In this document: piece by piece, positions 1 through 8,615 of the stretch
Numbering within the stretch: the stretch's first letter is position 1
How the letters are laid out: the number at the start of each line of letters is the position of its first letter
NCBI GenBank assembly: GCA_002104945.1
Contig: MCFH01000205.1
Coordinates: 1-17,110, forward strand
DNA: 17,110 bases
Source of the DNA: Piromyces finnis finn
Lineage: Eukaryota; Fungi; Neocallimastigomycota
Direction: 5' to 3'
Program-made: the position numbers and the translations under genes
The notes under the pieces: model-generated
What the model was told of the DNA's origin: nothing
What the model saw: the letters and a program-made list of their open reading frames with translations, nothing else
The model's database searches: none

Positions 1-1023
1 AGAAGACAGTAAATAGAATCATGCAATCCTACTATTGGCCAGGAATATGGAACGATGTAAAAATGTGGGTAAAATCTTGCCACAAATGCCAACTATTCCG
101 ACCTAAGCCATTACCAAAAAACACCGCTACCAATATTACACCTATTGAAAGACCGTTCGTACGGGTAGGTTTGGATATAATAGGACCGCTACCCATAACT
201 AAATCAGGTAATGCTTACATTATTACCCTAGTAGATTATTTCACCAAGTGGGTCGAGGCTAAAGCCATCCCTAACACCAAATCAGAAGAAGTGATTAAAT
301 TTCTAACTGAAGTAATAGCTAGACACGGACCCCCAGAAATCATAATAACAGATAATGGAAGTTCTTTTTATCTGAAATAACCAAAATGATGATAGATCTT
401 TATGGTTCATGGGTTCATTATGTATCACCTCACCATCCAGAATCTAATGGAATGATAGAAAACCGGAATCGCGAAATCGGAAAAACATTAAGACTCTTAA
501 TTGAAAATGAAATAGAATGGGACGTATGTCTTCCTTCCGCACTTTGGGCCTTACGTACTACCAGAAATTCTAAAACAAAATTTAGCAGTTTTGAATTGCT
601 ATACGGTAGAAAAATACTTGGCCAATGGAGATAATGTTTCCAGATTTCCCTAAAGACGCTGAAGAATCCGAAGAAGAATATATATTCAGAAGATTCTTAA
701 GACATCAGAGATGGGTTAAAGAAGCGACTGAATACTCAGATAAAGCAAATAAATATTGGGAACATCGAATGGGTTTTTCGAAAGCACTCAAGAAGAAATA
801 TCAACCTGGCGATCTAGTAATGATAAGACTTATTGGAAGAAGCAAATTAGATCCGTATTTCTACGGCCCCTTTAAGGTAGTACAGAAACCAAAATTTAAT
901 ACTGTTGTACTAGAAGATCCTCAAACAGGCGAGCTATTAAATCGTAATGTACATATAAAGAACATTTATCCATATGTAATACAAGAAGAAAATCTGACTT
1001 CAAGGGACGAAGTCAAATCTTAG
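1..1023 (+). CDS. pol: Ty3/gypsy-type integrase (element A), 3' part of pol, split by two 1-nt frameshifts
   Basis: ORFs 21-380, 386-634 and 625-1023 join into one integrase: zinc-binding end YYWPGIW..VKSCHKCQ, core GLDIIGP / DYFTKW / TDNGSSF / HHPESNGMIE, then GPF motif (YFYGPFKVV) and an SH3-like tail. Frame runs off the left edge. Adding one base at ~370 and ~615 restores the frame (SF.SEITKMM; GRK.TWPMEIM). Confidence 0.93.
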
Positions 1024-1035
1024 CCGCCAAGGTAT

Positions 1036-2094
1036 TGATATAAGGCAAACTTAAATGATTATAAAAACAACAATAATTATTAATGAAGAAATAAAATTAT
1101 ATAAGTAAGTTCTAATTAACAATTTAATATTAAACTTAAAAACAAATTTATAATAAATAAATAAATAAGATAAAATTAAATGTAGAAATAAATTAATAAT
1201 ATTAAAATAATAATTCAAAACAAAGTTAAATTTAGTTATAATTAATTAGTATTTAAGTAAAAAATAAATAAATAAACAATAATTATTTTTAAAATTCCGA
1301 TATTATTAACATGTAAATAAACTATAATGTAATTAATAATTAGATATTTATAATTAAATATTTGTTTATAACAAAACATAATTAAAGAAGATAAATTAAA
1401 GTTTATATTAATAGAAAAATATAAATAATCTTTTAATTCCTTTATTTAAACATTATTATTAGTATAGTTAATAATCATAAACACATTATTTTTTAATAAA
1501 ATTTAACTAATAAAATAGTTATTAATAAACATTATATTTTTTTTATAGATTTTGTGTTTTAATAAAACAAATTATTTATTTTTTTTTTTGTTACAAATTA
1601 TTATCACTTTTAATAACTTCAAGTTATTAAATTAAGATAATAATAAGTTATTATATAAGAAATATATAACATTGTAACATTTTTGATAAATAATGAAATT
1701 AATAAATATAAAATTATTATTAAATCTGATTTTTAAGTTAACCCTAAAAGTAACTTAAAATAAGTTATAGTTTAATTAAGTACTTTACCAAAATTCTTAA
1801 ATAAAATTAATCCTAAACACTGCATATGTTTTGATTATTGAAAGAAAATAATAAACTTTAATTAATCGAGATCAAAATATATAACTTTTGTTAAATTAAT
1901 TGTTAAATTAAATATTTAATAACTTCGTTAGTAAATTACACTTTAAAAGTAAACAAATATAATAATTCATGTTATAAAATAATATAATTAAACACCTTTA
2001 TTAAAACATTAAAAATAATTATTACAAAAGATATAATATAATAATCACTTTTTGAAGTAAAATTCAAAATTAAGATTATTATCAAATTATATCA
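1036..2094 (+). repeat. Candidate 3' LTR of element A (boundaries uncertain)
   Basis: Starts TGATATAA 12 nt after the integrase stop and after a TGACTTC/GAAGTCA hairpin (995-1015). The exact reverse complement TTATATCA is at 2087-2094; an alternative TATCA end is at 1602-1606. No second LTR in the window to confirm. Confidence 0.3.
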
Positions 2095-3439
2095 TTTTTG
2101 TATAATAATTCCACTATAAATTATTATATAATAGAATTATTAACTACAATGTCAAGAATAGAAACGATTAAAAAATAAATTAAATATTCAAATAAACAAT
2201 TTTAAAATCAAATTTATATTTCAAAAATTATAAAACACTTTTAAAAAATAATTGAAAGATCACTTGAAAAAATTTAATATTGAAAAGGGTTAAGGATCAC
2301 AAAAATTTATTTTTCAATAAATTAACCCTTGAGAAGAAAATGCACTATACGAAACTAGTGATAACTTCTGAATCTCGTGTCCTATTTTCCTTTTCTAGAG
2401 ACTTCAAATCAACTTTATTAGAAAGTACTAGTTGAGATCTATATTCTCACAAATTTTCAGCTAATTTAGACCACTAGTTCTTGAGATATAGCTATTTAAA
2501 GATTTAATTAGTTCCAATAAATATATATTAAAATGATTAATATTAATTTATATAATTAAAGTCATTATTCAAGTCATCCAACTTTCTATAAATATTTCAA
2601 TTTAAAAATTCTCCATTATTATTAAATAAGGTTAGATAATAAATATTCTTAATTACAAACCTAATCAATTATAAAAATTAATAATTTTTCAAAATTTATA
2701 TTTTATTTATGGTGTTTTTGAAATATATTGCATCATTATGATACGCTACTTACATAAAACTAATAAAACTAACTGAATAACACGATGTATATTGATTTTA
2801 TAAAAAATTCAGTAATACTATAATTAATTTAAATTAATTAAATAACTTCAATAATTATTTAAACACTTTAAAGTCACCCTTTTGATATTTGATTGAGTGT
2901 AAGGTTATGATTCAAATTTAATCAATACACTATAACCTTAGCCAAAATAAATAAATACAAAACAAGGCTTAACTCGCCAAAAACGAGCTACGGCTGTAAG
3001 TACTACGGCTTTAAGGTTAGATTTATTAGAAGGCTTAAAGGAAAAGCTACATTTTGGTCCTTCTAACTGGTCATTTAAGTAAGATATGATCATTTAAAAA
3101 TTTTAAGAGATAAATTAAATCAGTATGATATCAAGTATGGATCATAACACTTGACTAAAACTAAAAATATCAATAGGAATTTTAGTTATATTAATTTAAT
3201 TAATGATAATGAAAACAGTTAACACCTATAAATTGAATAATTTTAATTCTTATAAAATATGGATCAAATGTTTAAATGATTAATCATATGCTTATTTTAT
3301 TTTTTTGTCATAACAAACCAAACAAAAAATCTTATTACTTATTTAAGTATATTATTATTAATATACTACATGTAATACTTTATTCTTATTACTATCAATT
3401 GACTAATCTGAACAAAGAATATAAATAGAATGAATTGAA

Positions 3440-3849
3440 TTCGATTTTATAAAATTATGGTCTCCATTGGTTGCGCTTGCCCTCTTGGTCTGTCTTACTG
3501 TTTCTTCAGCATTGACGCTCTTAACTGTTGCTTCAAACCTTTTGAACATTGACCATTGCTAGCCAATAACATAAGACATTTTTGGTTAGAAGTTCCGCTG
3601 TTACCGTCAAGAATGGTGTTCCTTCGTAAGTGCCCGATTGAATTTGACACTTGCAAAGTTCTTTCCATTCCCTTGAATTGAAATTGATATTGTTAAAGTT
3701 TCTTCTCCCAAGAAGGAATTTAAATATTTTATTGCATACATTAAAATAATTATACACATAATATTCATGTGTATAATTAATAATATGTATAATTATAGAA
3801 CTATTACTATTATTAATAATATATTAAAATTATTATAAAACTATTATTA

Positions 3850-3881
<32 letters not shown>

Positions 3882-4765
3882 ATTACTATTACTATTACTA
3901 TTACTATTTACTATTCTATTACTATTACTATTACTATTACTATTTACTATTACTATTACTATTATATTACTATTTACTATTACTATTACTATTACTATTA
4001 CTATTCTATTACTATTACTATTACTATTACTATTACTATGATTATTATTGATAGGACTGTTTGGAATTACATTGATTAAAAAATTTAATAATTTGGACTA
4101 TGGATTTGTAATATTTAATATGGATATCTCTAAATGTTGGACAATCTAATAACCAATGCTTAATATTTTGATAACCACTCTTGCAACATGGACAGTAGTT
4201 TGGTCAAATGGATCAACAAATTAGCAGACTTTGCAACTCTAGCATCCAACTTATATCCACTTCTTGCTTTCAATAGGCAAGTAGAAACCCAAGACAAACT
4301 TTGAGTACTCATAATATAATTTAATAAATCTTTAGTTTCAATAAAATTTATTATCATCATAATATTACGCTTTGATTGAATTTCCTTTGAGATCTTTCCA
4401 ATAAAGTTTTTAACTGATTTAGCATCTCCATGCTTCTTTAATTTTTTATCAAGAGTCCTACATAATTTTCACCATGTATACCATGTATATTTTCTAAATT
4501 TAGGAATGTAATTGACAAGGTATGAAATAATATATTTTTGAGTTTTTCTAATTGTTAAAACATCTAATTCTGAGCTAATGTGCATTTTGCTAACAATGAA
4601 TGAATATTCAAATCTTTTGAATAGAATATATAGATATAACGATACAGCTTTATGAACACCAGCTATAATTAGGAGAAAAGAGGAAAGCCAACTTAACTTC
4701 AATCATTATAATATCTTGGCTGGTATCTTATTCATCAAACATAAGGGTAATGGCAAATTATTTCT
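3440..4765 (-). mobile_element. 5'-truncated, degenerate non-LTR retrotransposon (LINE) ORF2 C-terminal region
   Basis: Manual translation across frameshifts: ...IISYLVNYIPKFRKYTWYTW*KLCRTLDKKLK...WVSTCLLKARSGYKLDARVAKSANL / PNYCPCCKSGYQNIKHWLLDCPTF (CX2CX8HX4C at 4141-4194, the typical LINE ORF2 knuckle spacing), an Asn/Ser low-complexity tract, then KIFKFLLGRRN...TPFLTVTAELLTK / QWSMFKRFEATVKSVNAEETVRQTKRASATNG. Contains in-frame stops. Both ends approximate. Confidence 0.75.
3843..4047. repeat. Microsatellite: (TAT)n followed by (ACTATT)n
   Basis: Visible directly: TAT runs ~3843-3881, then ACTATT hexamers ~3882-4039 with scattered 1-nt indels. On - it reads AAT AGT (Asn-Ser) repeats. Confidence 0.95.
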
Positions 4766-4792
4766 TTAATAAAATAAAATTATTACTTTGAT

Positions 4793-4815
4793 AAAAAAAA
4801 AATAAAAATTAAAAT
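4793..4815 (-). terminator. RNA polymerase III T-run terminator of the tRNA gene
   Basis: On -, T4, T5 and T11 runs begin 4 nt after the discriminator base. Confidence 0.8.
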
Positions 4816-4818
4816 TAA

Positions 4819-4890
4819 GGGGCGTTCCGGATTTGAACCGAAGACCTATTGATCTGCAGTCAATTGCTCTACCGCTGAGCTAACACCCCA
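4819..4890 (-). tRNA. tRNA-Cys(GCA): tRNA-Cys, anticodon GCA, intronless, 72 nt
   Basis: Reverse complement folds fully: acceptor GGGGTGT/ACGCCCC, D stem GCTC/GAGC, anticodon stem ATTGA/TCAAT with loop CT-GCA-GA, T stem TTCGG/CCGGA with loop TTCAAAT, discriminator U73 as expected for Cys. A box TAGCTCAGCGG, B box GGTTCAAATCC, no encoded CCA. Confidence 0.97.
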
Positions 4891-4904
4891 TTTTTGTTGT
4901 TTTT

Positions 4905-5522
4905 GTCAAAAAGCGATTTTTTTATTAAAAGAAAAGTGTGGTAAGCACACTAGTTATATTAATTAACAAATATAATACGCTTTCCTATTGAAGGCGTAAA
5001 GCTAATAATATTTATATAAAGAAAATTAAATAATATTTTTATTTTAGCAATAACTTAATATCAGCATATATTAAGTTATTAAAAATATTAAAATTTTTAA
5101 AGTTTTAGGTTTTATAGAAGTTTATAAATTTTATTAACTTTAAGTTAAAAAATTACTAACGCTAAAGCTTCGTAATTTTTGTCAATTTTTGTTCTTTTTT
5201 ACATGAACAATTTTAATTATTACATTTTTTAATTTTAATTAATTATTATCTAATTATAAAATATTTAATTTTTATAAATTAATAATTAATATAATTATTG
5301 TAAATAGTTAATAAATTTAAAATAAAATTTTTAATAATAAAATTTTAATAATTTTAAAAAATTTAATAATTTCAAATATTAGAAATTTTATACTTTGAAA
5401 TTTTTTAATAAAAATTTAAAAAATAAATTTTTTCAAATTTTCAAATTTTCAAATTTTGAAAAAATTTTTAATTTTTTCCATGTGTCCAAATTTTTTAAAT
5501 TTTTATATATGTTATTGTGACA
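4905..5522 (-). repeat. Putative 3' LTR of element B
   Basis: On - it starts TGTCACA at 5522, directly after a hairpin and PPT-like tract. Matching TGACA termini occur at 4905-4909 and 5180-5184, giving 618 or 343 bp. The start is better supported than the end. Confidence 0.5.
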
Positions 5523-5557
5523 CTGCCCGTCCTAAGGGTCGTTTCGCCGGACGACCC
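5523..5557 (-). promoter_or_regulatory. Hairpin plus imperfect polypurine tract of element B
   Basis: On -: GGGTCGT-ccggcgaa-ACGACCC (7-bp stem), TT, AGGACGGGCAG, then TGTCAC. This hairpin-PPT-TGT order is common at gypsy 3' LTR junctions. Confidence 0.6.
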
Positions 5558-5921
5558 AAAAATTTATGGACACTGGCACGTCATAATAATTTGGACATGG
5601 ACACTTCCACGACACTTAGAAAAATTTTGAGAATTTTCAAAAAATGGAAATTCACAATTTTTGAAAAAAAATCTAAGTGTTGAAAAAGTGAAGTGTAAAA
5701 GTGTTCAAGAAAAGTTGAGAGGGTATCACGTGGATTCTTCAGAAATGGAGACTACACGTGAAGGTTAGGGAAATGATATGACTCGAGGGGAAGCGGATTT
5801 TGGGGTGCGGAAAAGGTTGCGAAATTTGAGGGTTGAGGGCAAAGGCGAAAGAGGGTGTTGGGTAGCGGAATAGTGGTTGGTAGTTGTAGTGGTGGCGACT
5901 AGTGGGTAGCGGAGTTGTGGG

Positions 5922-6102
5922 TAGTAGGTGGGGTAGTGGCGATAGGTGGGTAGTGAAGGAGTAAGAGTGGTAGACACTAGTAGGTGGGGTAGTGGCGATA
6001 GGTGGTAGTGAAGGAGTAAGAGTGGTAGACACTAGTAGGTGGGGTAGTGGCGATAGGTGGGTAGTGAAGGAGTAAGGGTGGTAGACACTAGTAGGTGGGG
6101 TA
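5922..6102. repeat. 56-bp tandem repeat, about 3.25 copies, in the 3' UTR of element B
   Basis: Unit TAGTAGGTGGGGTAGTGGCGATAGGTGGGTAGTGAAGGAGTAAGAGTGGTAGACAC at 5922-5977, 5978-6032 (one G missing), 6033-6088 (one substitution) and a partial copy 6089-6102. Confidence 0.95.
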
Positions 6103-6121
6103 CTAATAAGTGGGGTCCAGA

Positions 6122-8615
6122 TTAAGAATCTGGGACGGAATTGGTGAATTGTTGGTAAGCGCGACGTTGGTAATCAGCTAAAAGGGTGCTTTAGTAGTCA
6201 TCCTTATCAATGGTGTCAGCATTGATCCAACGTTGAGAATAAGTCAGTAAAAGTGACTAAGTACTCGTAAAAATGACCCGATTTACGAGAACTAAGGATC
6301 TTGGTGATTTCATTGGAGTTGGGATGGTTGAGCAATAGATGGTGAGGAGTGGGATGATATGGTTCGAGTTCACTGATGTGGAATACGGGGTAGACACGAG
6401 GGAAAGGTGAGGTAGATAAATCAAGGCGGTAGTTGAGCTTAGATTCATCGACACCAGTGACCTTGTATGGACCATACTTGCGGGTTTGGAGCTTGAACGC
6501 TAATGGAGGATGATAATTAGCGGGTTTGCGAAGCCAAACAAGATCGTGGACCTTGAAGCGCTTAAAGTTGTGATAAAGGTGCTTATCCTTTTCATCGAGA
6601 TAACGGGTACGACTGACTTCGAAGTATGCTTAAGGTCAGCTAAATTATGGAGAAGCTATCGATGAGGGGGATGAAGTCCTAAAGAAGAAACAAGGTCTGC
6701 AACTTGTGGGTTTGCGTGAACTTGAATATTATAAACGGAGAGAAATGGTGGTTGCTTGGTGGAAGTATGGATGGAGTTGTTGTAGCAAAATTCAAGCTAA
6801 GTACAAATGATCCATCCAACTGAGATCATCAAATTGAGCTAAGTAGCAACGAAGATAAGTTTCAACGTAGTCGTTGTTACGTTCTACTTGTCCCAACAGT
6901 GCGGTGATGGCCAGTAGTAGCAGAGTGGTGATCGATATTAAAGAATTCCATCAAGTGGGACCAAAGACGACTTTCGAACTGAGTACCACGGTCTGTAACA
7001 ATAGATAAGGGGAATCCGTGCAGTTTGAAAATATGGTTAAGAAAAGCAGTAGCAGTTTCCTTAGCAGTGGGTAAATGTTTGAACCCAAACTAAGTGTATC
7101 ATCTTAGTTAAGTAGCAAGTAGTAACCATTATGGTACCTTGATGGTGGTTCGGATTGGTAGAGTCGAATGGTAAGGTAGAATTACAAGGTCTTGATGGTA
7201 AGTCCGTGATAAAGTCCATTTGTAGGTGTTGCCATGGAAGTTCCGGAAGAGGGACACGGATCATATTACCATAAGGAGCATGGTGATCGGTTTTCATTGC
7301 CTTGCATACACTACAGCTTCGAATATAAGACTCGACATCTTGACGCATATTAACCCAATAGAAATTACGTTTAAGAATGTCATAAGTCTTATCGACTCCC
7401 AAGTGACCGGCAGTGGGTGCATCATGGTTGAGCTTAATAACTAAGAGTCTTAGTTGACTTGGAACATATACTTGCTCCGGATGTTTGGTTCTTATTAAAA
7501 GGCCATCTTGAAGAATCCAAGGATGATCACTATTTGGAACTTCAAGATCCTTAAGAATCTGACAAGCGGTTTCATCTTGAAGGTAGCACTGCTTAATGTC
7601 GTCAATGAAGCTAGTTTCCATAGAGAAGTAGCATTCATCTTCGTTGAATCCTTCTAATTGAGTTGGTTTAAGTAAGGACGATTCACTTATATCCTTACCA
7701 ACTGTGAGCATATGGTCGGATCTACGAGAGAGAGCATCAGCTTTACCATTTTTCTTTCCTGGTCGATAGATAATCTTGAAATCAAAGGTAGCAAAGTATT
7801 CTTGCCAACGAGCTTGTCTTTGGGATAGAAGTTGCGGTTTGGTAGCAAAAAGCAAGTTTTCGATGGTCTGAATAAACGGTAATAGGATATTTTGCACCTT
7901 GAAGTAAGTGACGCCATTCGATAAAAGCTTGACGAATTGCTAAGAGTTCCTTTTCGGTGATAGAGTAATTAAGTTCTGCATCATGAAGGGTTTTAGAAAA
8001 GTAATAAACTGGATGCAGGTCTCCATCATCACCTTTTTGTGAAAGTACTCCCCCGATAGCAAAGTCACTTGCGTCACATTCAACTATGAATGGTTTATCA
8101 TGATCAGGACAAAGTAAAACTGGGGCTGAAGTAAGAAATTCTTTAAGTTGATTAAATGCTCTATTACACTCGTCTGTCCATATGAAAGTGACGCCTTTCT
8201 TAGTTAAATTGTATAATGGTTTTGCAATTTTAGAAAAGTTAGAGATAAAAGCGACGGTAGTAATTGCATAACCCTAAGAAGGACTGAACTTCTTTCACAG
8301 TAGTAGGGATAGGCCAGTTCTTAACTGCTTCAATTTTGTGAGGATCAGTTTTGATTCCCTCCTTACTGATTACGTGACCCCAAAAATTCGATTTCAGCTT
8401 TATGAAACTCACATTTTTTGAGTTTCGCAACTAAGTTGTTTTCAATGATTAATTGAAGAACATTTCTAACATGTTGAACATGTTCTTCAAGGGTCTTGGA
8501 GTAGATAATTGATATCATCCAAGTACACTTGAACGTACTTATTAATTTGATCACTAAAGATATCATTAATGAAAGCTTGGAAAACTGCAGGAGCATTAGT
8601 TAGTCCAAAAGGCAT
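6122..8615 (-). pseudogene. pol: Element B pol, 3' part: RT C-terminal half, RNase H, integrase, chromodomain (frameshifted)
   Basis: [17 protein letters not shown] (8514-8525), CDASDFAIGGVLSQ and EKELLAI (RNase H), HDAPTAGH...CSVC, QMDFITDLP, TDRGTQF, KYGPYKV, YPVFHISELEPY, and chromodomain-like EITKILSSRKSGHFYEYLVTF..YSQRWI. Stop TAA at 6122-6124. Confidence 0.93.
8611..8615 (+). repeat. Target-site duplication GGCAT (left copy; right copy 14711-14715)
   Basis: The same 5-mer sits immediately outside both LTRs of element C; removing one copy plus the element restores the RT of B. Confidence 0.97.

Noticed and set aside
2370-2450. - strand peptide SQLVLSNKVDLKSLEK as a small GTPase NKxD motif
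   Set aside because: No P-loop or DxxG nearby and the frame is closed by stops; one short motif is not enough.
3843-4047. Microsatellite as the 3' tail of the LINE
   Set aside because: Coding-like sequence in the same orientation resumes after it (3440-3790), so it reads better as an internal Asn-Ser tract. Not fully excluded.
4045-4890. tRNA plus LINE 3' end as a composite SINE
   Set aside because: The tRNA is intact and is followed at once by T4, T5 and T11 runs that would stop Pol III before the LINE part.
4819-4890. This tRNA-Cys as the primer for element C
   Set aside because: It would need TGGAGGGGCG after the 5' LTR; the actual sequence is ATAACAATTAC.
5505-5522. TGTCACA-ATAACATATAT on - as an LTR end followed by a self-priming PBS
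   Set aside because: It resembles C's junction, but I found no complementary 11-mer in 5523-6120 and no PPT near the pol stop. The hairpin-PPT-TGT pattern fits an LTR start better.
5739-6032. Pro/Thr/Ser-rich ORFs (97 and 70 aa) as an extra or env-like gene
   Set aside because: They arise from the stop-poor C-rich strand of a 56-bp repeat whose length breaks frame each copy; no hydrophobic or known domain.
5922-6102. CRISPR-like array
   Set aside because: Units are directly adjacent with no unique spacers, no cas genes, and the context is eukaryotic.
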